A stretch of 63,777 nucleotides of DNA, filler included, from Rhizaria sp. SCN 62-66 (GCA_001724265.1; 3 parts of 3 records of this genome joined end to end with filler, not necessarily neighbours in it); one strand, 5' to 3'. Positions 50,887 to 63,238 are shown, counted from the whole stretch's first letter. The notes: a model not told the origin generated them from the letters alone. Translations and numbers: made by a program.

Positions 50887-51584
50887 CTTCTGTCAAGTGG
50901 GGCGATACAAAGGGAGAGATATGCAGGGGTAGAACAAGTTTAGTAAAAAGACTGAAAGGATATAACAGAGAATACATACAGATACATAGCATGCAGCAGC
51001 GGCATGCGTATCGACGGACGTTTGGGGGAGATTCAATGTCCGAAGGTAAGGCCACCAGTCTCAAACAGCGCCACAACACTGCTTGCTGCCATTTGTGGTG
51101 GCTGGCGGGGGTGTGTGTGTAGACTGTATTTCTTGACCTTGTCACATTTCTTCTGTGACACATTTCACATGTAGTGTTTTTGTTTGTTTGTTGTTGTTGT
51201 TAATTGATCTTGCCATGTCTATTTCATATTCTATTGATTGAATATGCAGATATGATATATTTGATTCCTTCAATCGTTCACTTACTTCTGATCCTAGTTC
51301 TAGTTGATTTATCAGATCCATCCCTGCATCAAATATATTAATAAATTCCCCGTTATGTTGCCTGTTTCTCGTATACTCATGATCATCGATTTTTCTTTGG
51401 TACAAATGATCGCGTAGTCTACAATTATTAATCCTAAGTATTTAATATCCGTTTGTTTGTCTGTTGCTGTGCTTCGACAAAAAATGTACATGATGCACCA
51501 ACGATTAAGTTAACTTATGCAATTATCGTATTCAATCGCTATTTAGCCTTTTTTTCCCCTTCATCCAGCTTGCTTGTCTCTGAA

Positions 51585-51801
51585 TCATCCATTATGCTCA
51601 ATCTGTTGTTGTTGTTGCAGAGTGGAGGTGTTTACGCTCTTATTACTCATAATCACCGTCATCATTTGTTGCTGATATTGCTGGAGCTGCCACATAAACC
51701 TTTGCTGTTGCTGCTGAAGCTGCTGCTGAAACCACTCTAAGTGGCCAAACATCTGATGAAGCTGCTCCAATCCTTGATCACGAACTAGCTGAGGCTGCTG
51801 T

Positions 51802-51839
<38 letters not shown>

Positions 51840-53447
51840 ATGCTGCGACTGTTGGTGGTTAAGCAGTTGCTGTTGCAGACGCGTAAGGTCTAGACCCCAC
51901 GTCGGCCCAGTACTTGGAGTTCCTGATGCACTAGGAATTTCGGAGGCACTTCCAGTGCCGGCACCGCGATTATCAAAGGCCGGTCCTTGCTGGGAGATGT
52001 TGCTATTACTGTTGGCGTCCTTGTCTGGCGTAGCGTTGAGCCTGGCAGCCGCATACATCTCCTTCTGCCTCACAACATCGACTAACTCTTTGTGTTTATA
52101 CTCCAGACCAGCGCGAATGTGCAACATCTGTCCTTGCAACATGCGTAGCTCGCGATTCAGCATTTCCTCCTGCTTGAGCAGCGATGCATGATGAGCATCA
52201 AACGCAGGAGCCGCAATGCCCGCACTCGAACCACCATCGCCAGCGGCAGATGTTTTCGGGGACAAGTGGCTTGGCTGGAGCAGTTTGCCCTCATCCCCAG
52301 CAGTTGCAGCCACGTCACCGGTCCCCGTCTCAGTTGCCCGATGCGTCTCCGTGAGCTTCGCTTGCTGTGGTATCCGCACCGATTCATCCTGCTCTTGCCT
52401 TTGATCGTGCTGCTGAGAAGCTGAGGCTTGCTGTTGTTGGAGGAGAAGCTGCTCCTGCGCTTGCTTGCGCGCAAGCTTTTTTGCTGCTTTTTTGCTGAGG
52501 TTTTTATCCTGCCAAATGCCTTGGCCAGGAGTACCCGGGTCACCGTTCTTCCTTTTAGCAGCCCCATCGGCAAAATCTGATGCATTTGCCGCGTTGACCG
52601 CCTCAGACTGCGCATTCGCCGAAGGCGCCTTAGTTTCAGCCTCAGCCTTTGCTTTTGCTGCCTCTGCCTTCACAACCGTCTCTGCTTTGAGCTTAGCTGC
52701 CTCTGCTTTGGAGGCTTCCACCTTTGCTGCCCCAGCCTTTGCAGCTTCAGCCTTCGCAGTTTCAGCTTGCGCAGCTTCTGCCTTCGTTGCCTCCGCCTTG
52801 GCCTTGGCCTTCGTTTCAGCCTTGCTAAGCTTCGCGGAAGGGGGCTGCACTGGCTGTGCCTGGACAGTGGCGCTGGCGTTCCCATTGGCCTGACTGCCGC
52901 TGCCGCTGCCGTTGCTACCGCTGCTCTTGGCTGCGCCGGCCGTGAGAGTAACAGAGCCTGTCGTCGTGACGTAGCTTACACGAGGTTGGAGTTTTGTACC
53001 CTGTGCGGGGTTGACGCTTACCGTAGCATTCACTGAGGGCGGATTCTTCGCAGCCACGGGGGTCTGCGCCACAGAGGCCGCCACAGAGACGGGCGCCGTC
53101 ACTACATGTGTCGTCGTTGCCACGGGGACCGTTACCACGGGGGTTGTTGGTTTCACCTTCGCAGTTGGCGTCGGCGCGCAGGCTGAAGTGGCTGATTCTA
53201 GCGGCACGCTCGGCGTCCGGGTCGTGCGTGAGGTGCTCTTAGTGTCAATAAGCATGCACATAAGTGGCCGTAATGGATTGTTCATTGCCGCTGGCTTCCT
53301 ATGCAGTTTAAACATCAAATACGTTCGGGAAGTGTGATCTAGGATCGTACGAGTGCGGACTTTGCGGGCCAAAGAAGACCACAAGTGCGCAAGACTATTG
53401 ACAGCAGATGGCAATCTTATTGGGACTATAAAAAAGAAATATGTCAT
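51585..53447 (-). CDS. Hypothetical low-complexity protein: Thr/Val/Pro-rich region, (K)AEAAK repeats, short coiled coil, poly-Gln tail
   Basis: 620-codon ORF with AEAAK-type repeats at ~52620-52830. The true start is uncertain (possibly MNNPLR at ~53285 or spliced). Stop TGA. Confidence 0.65.
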
Positions 53448-53715
53448 TAAAAATTGTGCCCATGTTCTTTGAATAAAACCGAACCAAATAATAACGATCT
53501 AGTCATTAGATCTTCTCCGTCAAAGTCAAGTGCGCGGACTGGCGGGGGAGCCGGCACTGACCAACCACAAATCTTGTCCGATATGTATTTTTATCATAGG
53601 CTCATGATTCAATAAAAACAACCCTTTACTATATCCACCACTGTTCGCGCAACGTAGATTCACAAGTTTTTTTGCCTGTGCGACGATACATAACATGTAC
53701 ATTTAACTTTCGCAG

Positions 53716-54000
53716 ATGCGACGATGAAGGAGCGGTTTATCCCGTCGGCACAGTTCTTATGCACCCTCACATGTCTGCGGGTCCTTTCGGTGAGATGAAC
53801 TTGATATGCAACTATTGGTTTCTGGCGTTTGAACCTTGCGTTGCTAATCTTCTCCGAGGTGCGGCGCCAGTTGTCCGCATAATGGTGTGAATGGAGACAC
53901 GCCCTTCAACGCCAATTTGTTGCAGGTATTCGACGACACACGCACCAGGCAGAAGTGCAATCTTTGGACTCTTAATATGATGTTGTTTCATCGTTTCAGG
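53716..54000 (+). pseudogene. Decayed fragment paralogous to the C-terminal domain of the gene at 60638-63238
   Basis: GAVYPVGTVLM...WFLAFEPCVANLLRGAAPVVRIMV versus GVVYPAGTVLM...WFIAFKPCPASLLRGAVPVGRVVL. After a TGA and frameshift, GDTPFNANLLQVFD versus GDEPFDTVTLGRFE. Confidence 0.75.
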
Positions 54001-54452
54001 CCAAGGGAGGAGATGCGTCAACAAGCCTGAGGTTGCTTTATGACATGTTTGGTGATTAAGTTTGCTAGTATTAATGCGTTACGACAAGATTGCAGCAGAA
54101 CATGTGAGATACACACGCATTAACTCGATGACCGTGGCAATACAGTTCATACGCAAAATATAAACGACTGCAAACGAGTAACATATGACCAAACATCCTG
54201 CTGCAAGTGGGTGCGATAGGATAGGTAAGCTTTTGTGTAACCAGGCACACGAGTACCATTGAAATAAGATTTGTGGCACTAAGCAAATTAGATTCCAACG
54301 CTTTATTGTGCTTGTCTTTGAACGTGTGCATCGTCCCGCATACATTGCAAGCGTATTGACAGCGAACAATAGAAGAAATGAGTTGGCTTAACCACTCGCA
54401 GATTCACAGATAGATTCAACACGATTCACTATGATATTTGAGAATATTGGCC

Positions 54453-57400
54453 TCACTTGTTATTGAGCTCAGTGTTGCCATTTTTCTTGCAGAACTCAGT
54501 CAGGGATAACGGCGGCACTCGAACGCCTGCCTTTTCGCTGACGCCAACAACGACATCAACAAGCATGTCCCTCTCTTCAATTGCAAGATCAAGATACTTC
54601 GTCGCCAAGATAAGCCGTCTCTTAACCCTCTGCAGTGCCTCCAGGAGCATTGTTTTTTCCGTCTGATGTGCTGCGCGTTTCTTGATCAGAGCGGTTTCAA
54701 GTGCGAGAAGCCTCTTAGCTGTTGCCTCTGGCGTCGCAGTTGCAAGGAAGTGCTCGATATCACTCATGTTGCCTGTGACACGCAGGTTGTTGCCGTTGCT
54801 GTTGTGCGGGGTACTTAGACTTAAAGGCAAATGCTCTGGCGGTGTAAGTGCCGTTGTTGCTGATGCCGATGTGAGCGCTGCATCCACGCTAGCGTTATTG
54901 TTGCTGAGGCCGTTGTTGCGGCTGGTGTGACCGCCTTTAAGCGTGTTGTAGCTCTTAAGTTGCCTTGGTGTAAAGGGTGCAGCGAGGTGACTGTGGGCAG
55001 AGAGCTGGCTGTGGACGAGTGTGGTTGAAGTGCACACAGTCAGCGGTTGCGCTTGTAGCCGTGGCGGCCTGCTGTGCGTCTCACCAGCAATACTAGTCGA
55101 CGATGCAACGTCCGTTATGTTGAGAGCATCATTTTTGTGAGCACCATTTGCATCAGTGGCAGCAGTGTCGACGCCCTTGTTGTAATAGTAACTCTGGGGG
55201 CTAAAGTGATTATGAGCAGTGATATTGCAGGCTCTAACATCTCTACCACTGGCTGTACTCGTGTGCGTTTGATCATTGACACTTTGCGTTGTTCTCAGTC
55301 CCGGAGACATTGGTGCCGAGTTTGTGTTATATAGCGGTAACGCGTGCACGAACGACCGTGAGCAGGTGATAAAACGGTCACCGTGCTCAAAGTCACTAGC
55401 ACGTGTTACTGCAGCATGCACAGTCTCACTGTCTTCAGCGAATGTACTCAACGTCGGCTTGCGGTTTGCGCCGGAATCGCGACTTGCAATAAGCCCAGCA
55501 TTGCTGATAAAGGCGACGATTTCAGCCTCAGCTTCAGCCTCTGCCTCGGCTTCACTCGCAGTGTTCCACTCATTATCGCTCTCGGTACCACTGTTTGCAT
55601 TGGCTGAAGCAGCCACTGCTTTGTGGTTGCTTTGACCATTGCTGTTGACAGTGCTGCATTTGATTTTCTTCATGTGCGACAAGGTTGGCTCGGTCTCTGA
55701 AGTGCTGAGATCAATCTCACCTTGGCTTGCTAGTCGTTGCACTTGAACTCCTTTGCCGCTCGCACAGGAAGTAATGAACAGCCGACCGCTAACAGCAGGC
55801 GTTGTAGGAGTCACAGGACCGAGACACTTGGCCGAGCCGCTTGCGCGAGCAGGAATGCGACCGCGACTGTTGCCGTGTTTTCCGCCTTTGGCTTTGGCAA
55901 CAAAACCATGTTCACTTACGTCATTGATCGCCGTGCATACAGAGCTTTTGCTACCATTGCCGCCGTCACTGTTGTCGTCAAGCTTACTCACATGTGACAT
56001 CATATTTGGACGCGTATGCGCGACTGCGTTGCTAGTATCCAGCGACGCGGGTACGGAAGACGGCGCCTGCGATTGTGCCAGCATCGCTTTCTTACTGTTG
56101 CTGACAGGAGAAAACAACGATGCTGGAAGTACGCTTATGGTGCAGGTGTTGCCTGCGTTCTTTGGCATTGAGACAGCAGTGCCGGCAACCACGTCTGTTG
56201 GCAACACTTGTGATCCAAGAATCATTGACTGCTGTGCACAGGCTGTAGCTCGCTTGCTTGTTCCTTCAGCATAATCATTTCCAGATAAAGGCGATTTGGC
56301 ACCAGATGCACTTGGTGCCGGCACAACAAATTCTGCACTTGCTTTTGGCACCGACGCTTTTGACGTAAGAATCGTGACGTTATATGGAGTCTTCGGCAGC
56401 CGGGTCTCTGGCAGTGAGTCAAGCGTCAGAGGCAACGGCGGTTGCTGCTGTTGCGACAGTAGCTCACTGACGCTTGTGCTTGTGCTTCGCAACTCAACAT
56501 CTGATGTGACGCGTGCCTGGTATCTGTGAGCGTCAAAATGGCGGCGCATGTGGCGCGTCAGTCCGCCGACCACAGTTGTCCCCATAGCATTACTAGTCGC
56601 GTCATTAATACTGCCGCTCCCACAAGTGTAAGCGCTGTGACCGCCGGGTACCGTGGTGCCTGCGGAAATAGGCGCGTCGCTTACAGTGGGCAACGAATTG
56701 TTGGTGACTGTCGGAGCCGTAGCGCAGGCACCTGTGCGCACGCTTGAGTTGCAACGGACTAAAACATGTCTAGAAGCATTGGGTGGTGTGAAAAGATTGT
56801 CGGGAAGAAAATACCGAACTTCGTCAAGCTGCGGCGACAAAGACGCAAAGTCGCAGCAGCTACTCGTGTCACTTCGACCGTCATTGCCACAGCTCACCGC
56901 ACCCGCCTCGCATGTATCAGCGGAACCGTTGTCACCAAACCGTAACACAGTAGTCGCCGCAGGAGAAGTCTGATTGCTGCTGCTCACAGTGCCTGTTTTG
57001 CTTTCACTTGCATCGATACCTGCGTTAGCGTTCGCCGTAATCCGATCACATCCACCGTGAATCACTTCAAGGTGCCTGTCGTTTGCGCTAGCCGCAGGCA
57101 CACTAGCGCTGCTTAAGACGGCTGCGTTGTTAGGAGCGATGCCCCTTGCGTTTACCGCTGTATACGTGACTCCCTCAACAACCACAGTCTCCGGCTTCCT
57201 CTGAACAGACAACATCCTAGACTCTCCCCCGGCTGCTTGCGGTGACCGCGCGTGCCCGCGCCTTAGCTTCTGCTGGGGTTGATTCTGTAATTGCATTGGC
57301 AGCTGCGGCTTTGGCTGCGCATTGGCTTTCAACTGTGCCTGCGACTGTGATTGCAGTTGAGATAGGGACCCGCCTTGTCGCTGCATCGACCGCTGATCCG

Positions 57401-60032
57401 TAGCAACCGGAATCAGCTGGGAACGTGCCTGTTGCTGCTGGAGCTGCTGCCGCAGTGCCAGTTGATCCTGCCGCAGAAGCAACGCGTGTAGCTGCGCCTG
57501 CGATTGAGTCAACGATAACGACTGCAAGTGCAGCTGCTGCTGATGCGACTGAGACACGGGCTGCAGCTGCGGAGGAACAAAGTACTGCGGCTTTTGTTGC
57601 TGTTGCTGTTGCGGTTGATGATGGTATTGATGCTGTGGACGCTGTTGCAGCTGCTGTTGCTGCTGCAACGTAGGCAGCTGAGCGTTCAAGTTTCTAGTCG
57701 CAGCAGCCGCACGCAGCGAGCAATGGGGTGAACAGCTGCCAGTATCACCGCGTGCCATCCGTGGCGGATAACCGCCATCACCGTCGATGTTATTGTTAAA
57801 CTGACCATGATTGACAAATACGCCAACACTAGGGTTGACAAATTCAGCACATCCATCACAATGAGGGATGCCACAATAACAATCACCCTGGTTTGTCAAA
57901 CTCATGTCGTCTTGTTCGTCACTCCATGCGTTGTTGTCATAGTTGTTGTTACCACCATGGTGCTGCCGTTGGTGTGACTGCTGCTGTTGCTGTTGTTGCC
58001 ACGCATAGGTAACAGCATTCCCTTGCGGAAACTGCAACTGCTGCTCCTGCTGCGAAGACTGAGGTTGCTGCGCAGTGTGTGGCTGCGCAGACAGTGCGAG
58101 CTGCCAAAGCTGCTGCTTTTGCTGCGTTGCGTACACGTGCTGCTGCAAGTACCGCTGCTTACTCAAGATATGCTGCTGCTGACGTTGGAACAGCTGATGT
58201 TGCACAGTGAGCGGGAGCGAAGGCGAGGGCAACGGGGACAGCGAGGATGATGACACTGTTGCAGTCACCGACATCTCAGTGCCTGCCGATGCCGTACCTG
58301 CGCACAGCAGCTGCTGTTGAGTTTGGGAGCAGTTGGTGCTCGCAGAGAGTGTGCTTGCGTCCGCTTGAGATCGGTTATTCCGCGGGCGCTGCAGCAGGGT
58401 GACGCGGGGCTGAGGCTGCTGCTTCTGTGGCTGCCCCTTCTTGCGGTTTCCTGTAACAGCGCCACTGTTGCTGGCCTTTACACAAGGCGCCGTATTTGAC
58501 GCGTCTTTGACGCCTAGATGTGCGCCGACAGCGACTGGCATCCTCACATCTAGGACTTCGCTGCAACACTCGTTCGCGGCGGTGTTAAACCTACTGGGGG
58601 TGCTACCAGCGTAGGCCGCGGATGCCGCCTCGTGGATTTCAGCGATGACACCCGCAGGCAAAGACAGAAAGATACCGAGTTGCTTAAGCTTTGAGGTCAA
58701 ATATTCGCACCTATTGGTCAACATCGCGACACTCATGCGGTCACTCCCGCCGCTGGCGCCATTCCTGCCGCAAACCTCAGCATCGGCTGCAACAGCGTCG
58801 TCACTGGAGGCACCAGTTGCAGTCGTGACACTGGTTTGAGGAACAGTTGCCATGGTCAAATCGAGTGCCGAGGCGGTGTTGGCGCTGGCGCCATCAGCCA
58901 TCTCTTTAGCCACCGCAGCAGCCAAGTGAGCCCTTGTCTCTGTCACCTTACGCACGAGGTAGTAGTAACGGCGGCGGTAGTTTTTGCCGTCAACGCAGAA
59001 TGACACCACATTGTTATTGACCGAGCTTGCGCCGCTCCACTTTAGTGAGGCAGAAGCAGCAGCTATGCCGCTTGAGTTTGCGTTTGCGGGTACGTTAGCG
59101 AGGTCGCTGGCCCTAGAGTCAGCGCTCACAGTAGCGTTGCGTGTGGTCGGCGCACCGCTACAAGTGGGAGTACTGTTGCTACCCCCAATCTTCTTTCGTA
59201 TGTCGATCCATACGTGCTTCACTGCAGCGGCGCGTACTCCAGACGCGTCGCTACAGACTGCACTCAGCCCGGAGATGTCAGTGCTAGAAATAGCAGAGTC
59301 GATATGAAGTCTTGCAGCACACTGCTGTGCGCGGTTGTTGCTTGCTAGGGTCACCACTGAAGCTGCCTCCCCGCCCAACAACGCAGTCTTGCGTTCTTGG
59401 GGTGATTGGGAGAGCTCCATCGCCGACTGCACTTGCGACGTCTGAGACTGCGGCCGTGCTTGTGACAGGGACTGCGACTGCGAGTGCAGCAGCTGTTGTG
59501 ACAGAGGGCAAGTTGATGAGACAGCCCACTCCGCGGTAGTAACACCGTGAGTGTAGACTGCTGTGGCGTCGATGTCATCATCTGCGCTGGTCTTACTTTT
59601 AACGTTGCCAGTGCTGCCGACACTGAGAGCCGGCTTTTGGTTGTTGCCGCATCTGACAATGTTAGCGCTACTGTCGGCGACACAAAGCAGTGACAAAGCA
59701 GGAGCGTGTGCAGATGGCGCAGGAATTCGCGGCACCGGCTAAGGCGATGATGCAACCCCAGCGATTGCACTTGCGCTCGTTGCAACGATACGTGGCGGGG
59801 TTTGCGAGCTCGAGGACGCGTTCGTGGTTGTACTAGCTGGCGGCGTGCGACTTGCGCCCGGCTTTACAGGCCGCGGCTGCGGCAGTAAGCTCTAATGCTG
59901 CAGCGCATGTGGAGATGACGGGGCTGAACGTGATACGACTTCGCGTGGAAGGCGCGGAGCCGGCATCGTGGGCGACAGCAAAGACGCTGATAGGTATGAC
60001 TGTTCAAGTTCACTACGCTCTTTAAACAAACC
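54453..60032 (-). CDS. Large hypothetical low-complexity (Ser/Ala/Gln-rich) protein with C-terminal coiled coil; two in-frame TAGs (59892-59894, 59739-59741)
   Basis: The 1760-codon ORF extends in frame to ATG 59966 and to an acceptor-like TCTTAG| at 60033, interrupted only by two TAGs. Coiled-coil tail LLALETALIKKR...LAIEERDML. Stop TGA. Confidence 0.7.
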
Positions 60033-60637
60033 CTAAGATTCTAAGAACAAAATGACAAACGTAATAACATTTAAGAATAAGTAAAATGCTGCAAAACATA
60101 TGTTAGACGATTAACCATGTGAGATTCACAAAGATTAATATCGATGGTCGTGTGTTTCAATTCGTGGCTGGCCATTGGTTTTTGCCGTGTGGGCTCAGTC
60201 ACAGTCACCAATTTCAAGTTTCTCAGCAGAGTATTCTTCAGTTAGCAGCAGTGATGCAACAGACGAATGAATTTCCGCTCCAACCCACATGAGGCCAGAA
60301 AAATAAAGTCTCATTGTCTTTTCTTCAATCATTTTGCAGGAACTAAACAAATCAGTTTGTTTCACATCAGAACACAGGAGAAATGTGATTTTCAAGTTAA
60401 AGACCACTTGAAGCCCAGCGATAAACCATTTTCCCTTAAGTCAAACAAGTAATATATGTTTACTAACAACTTGAAATATTGTGTCAAACTGTTTTCTAGC
60501 AAGGCGATCCATGATTTGTGATACATATATGATTTTTTTTATTTCTTGGTCGTATGAGCATATGAGCAACTAATTAACGTCTCCAGCATCGATAGCGTGT
60601 GAAGTCAAGAATAGGTTGGCAAAACACACTGGTCATT

Positions 60638-63238
60638 TCATACCTGAGCATTGACAAAGCAGCAAAAGAAGCATCGAAACGTTGTCACATCATTGGCCAC
60701 ACAAGATTCGCCGTCGTATACCATCTCAAAGCGTCCCAACGTCACAGTGTCAAAGGGTTCATCCCCGCCATCGCGGCGCGCCGCCACTTCGTTCCCTGGC
60801 AGACACAACACCACGCGACCGACGGGCACGGCGCCGCGCAGCAGGCTCGCTGGACACGGCTTGAAGGCAATAAACCACACCGTTTCGTATGGGTACACAT
60901 GCTGCTGCCGAGCGAAACGAACACTGTTACGGGCATACATGAGGACAGTGCCGGCAGGGTATACCACTCCGGCAGTTGCATCCGTGTCAATTGCATCGTT
61001 TGGCCTAGCTGGTATCGCGTACTCGCCGTAGACACTGTCGCGGTCTGGAATGTTCAGCGGCGCAGTTGCACACATGCGAGCTTGTTCTGAGTAAAACGTA
61101 ACGAACGGCAAAGCCGCTGCTTCTTGGTCACGAGGCATAGAACACGAATGTGGTTCGCTCCTCAAGCGACAGTCTATTACTGCACTTCGGAATACCGCAG
61201 AATTGCAGGGGAAATTCCTGTGGTTAAGCCTGATCACCATGCAGTAGCGGACGCGTGACGGCCGGACGTCGAAAAAGCTCACCGACATCGCGACGTCTGC
61301 GGTAAAATGCTCAGCGGTGAGTGACGCTTTGTTGCGAGCGTAAATTAAAGTATCCTCGCGAAGAGCAAGCAGTGCCTCAGAAGGCGTGACAACGTGCTGC
61401 GGAGACTGAGTGGTTCGTCCGGTCACATGGAAATCGCAACCGGAAACAGATCGTTGTAAAACACCACTTCCTTGCAGACAGTGGGCAATATATGCATCAA
61501 AAGCTATTTGCAAGTGGCCCCTTGGCGACGCAAATGTACGCATCTCTACAAGAGTCTTCCGATGCAACTCTTCCGTAGCAGCCGTTTCAGGCGCAAGCAC
61601 AGTCATGCTAACAAGCAAATCATGCAGCTGTGTAAGCTGCGGCGGATTTCGGCTTGCAACGCCCGTCAACGTGCAGTCGTGAAAACGCAGCATCGTAAGC
61701 GCTCGCAGACCACGACAAGCAATAAATTCGGCCACAAAGGGATTCCGCGTCGCGGTCGCGTTACCAAGCACTGCAGGGCCGGGCGACGTGTCGCCAGTGA
61801 TGATGAACTTGCGTAGCATGCATAAGAGACGATTTACCTTTTCCTGGTTCTTGCATGCATTACATAACGTACTCCCGGAATCAGCGTTCGACATTGCATA
61901 CGACATCAAGGCCCTGGAGCAAATCTTCACAGCTCCACACACCAAAAGCTGTTGTGCCGCAACAGAGACATCTGACGCAAAGCTAAAAACGACCTCAAAC
62001 ATCTGCAAAACATCGTCAAGCAAGAGATCGCTTTCCGGGTTTGTTTGGAAATTGCCATCAATATAGTTTAGTATCCGCGCAAAATCAGCCGAGCAAGAGA
62101 GGCGGTGTGCAAAAGGAAGAGCACGGCAAGCTAACAGCGCAAGAAAGCGCGTAAACTCGATCGACTCCGATACTGAGTACACATTATACTCCTTAACTGA
62201 TTCCAAAATGAGCTCTATGCGAGGAACAAATGCGATTTTAAATGTGGCGGCGTCAAATTGAGATATGAACTCACGCAATGACTCAAATGGTGCACCCGCT
62301 GACGGAGGAAGGAACACGTCGAAACCGTCGCTAACTACAAAGTCAGCAAGGCCACTATGACGCGGTATATCATACGTTTCGCAATCACTGCCGCTACTGC
62401 TGTCGCTATTGCTAAACAAACAGCGAAGTGAATCGAGCACGTCTGCACGTGATTCTCGGCTCTCCCTATGAGGCGGGAGCTGATACTTAACAATGTTGAC
62501 AAAAAGTGGGACAAATGCAGAGACGGCCGAGTATGGGAGCGAAGAAGCACTGTGCACGAGCTTACGAAACACATAATTGAGATGCTTGTAGTAATCACGA
62601 TCTTTTTCCGTCACTGTCGTCGCCGGTTGTGGAGCTTTGAAGTGCTGCTCGTCAGCCTTGCGCATGTGTGACAGCAGATGCGCCAGCGCAACGACCGCGT
62701 TTGATGACGAAAGTGTGTTTACGGAGGGGACAAGTATTGACCATGGTGACCGAGACGGAGGCGGAGCCTGGAGCTTGCGGAGTGTCCTGAGAACAGCGCA
62801 TGCCAAGTTACTGTTGTCGTAGTGCAGTTGAGACAAGAGAGCGTATAATTTCTTCACAATATCAAAACCAATCAGGTAATCATTTCCACCTGGGCAATGT
62901 GTTATCAGCTCAAAGAATTCAACAGTGATCTTGATTTGTTCCGTGTCTGTATCTTCTGCGACTTTGAGAGTGCAGAAAGACTGCGCAAGCAACGGCACAA
63001 CTTCGCTTTCACAGAGGATTTGAAGGATGAGATGACGGCGAAACGCACCAAGAAGCTCCAACAGGGCGGTAAAGTCTGCCGCCAGTGATGTGATGCGGCT
63101 CACGGCGGCATGGAAACGCGTTAAGGTACGTTTAATTTGCCCTATCTCGGGTGAGCACAAACCACTGTTCCTGGTGTGCAATAGGTCCACAGAATCAAAC
63201 TGGTTTGGGAAGTCTACAATCGTGTCTATGACCAAGAC
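60638..63238 (-). CDS. Hypothetical protein with ARM/HEAT-like helical N-terminal two-thirds and an unrecognised C-terminal domain
   Basis: 865-codon ORF with no ATG start: it begins after acceptor-like GCATAG and ends at donor-like CAG|GTATGA, so it may be an internal exon. Segments such as ILCESEVVPLLAQ, QLLVCGAVKIC and GD...NPFVAEFIACRGLRAL..L.FHD recall importin-alpha-type ARM repeats (inference). Confidence 0.6.
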   Translation of the reverse strand, partial: VLVIDTIVDFPNQFDSVDLLHTRNSGLCSPEIGQIKRTLTRFHAAVSRITSLAADFTALLELLGAFRRHLILQILCESEVVPLLAQSFCTLKVAEDTDTEQIKITVEFFELITHCPGGNDYLIGFDIVKKLYALLSQLHYDNSNLACAVLRTLRKLQAPPPSRSPWSILVPSVNTLSSSNAVVALAHLLSHMRKADEQHFKAPQPATTVTEKDRDYYKHLNYVFRKLVHSASSLPYSAVSAFVPLFVNIVKYQLPPHRESRESRADVLDSLRCLFSNSDSSSGSDCETYDIPRHSGLADFVVSDGFDVFLPPSAGAPFESLREFISQFDAATFKIAFVPRIELILESVKEYNVYSVSESIEFTRFLALLACRALPFAHRLSCSADFARILNYIDGNFQTNPESDLLLDDVLQMFEVVFSFASDVSVAAQQLLVCGAVKICSRALMSYAMSNADSGSTLCNACKNQEKVNRLLCMLRKFIITGDTSPGPAVLGNATATRNPFVAEFIACRGLRALTMLRFHDCTLTGVASRNPPQLTQLHDLLVSMTVLAPETAATEELHRKTLVEMRTFASPRGHLQIAFDAYIAHCLQGSGVLQRSVSGCDFHVTGRTTQSPQHVVTPSEALLALREDTLIYARNKASLTAEHFTADVAMSVSFFDVRPSRVRYCMVIRLNHRNFPCNSAVFRSAVIDCRLRSEPHSCSMPRDQEAAALPFVTFYSEQARMCATAPLNIPDRDSVYGEYAIPARPNDAIDTDATAGVVYPAGTVLMYARNSVRFARQQHVYPYETVWFIAFKPCPASLLRGAVPVGRVVLCLPGNEVAARRDGGDEPFDTVTLGRFEMVYDGESCVANDVTTFRCFFCCFVNAQV

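Noticed and set aside
12020-59894. In-frame TAGs as 3' splice acceptors of small introns
   Set aside because: No matching GTACG-type donors or AT-rich/pyrimidine tracts upstream; the flanks look coding on both sides, unlike all 22 real introns.
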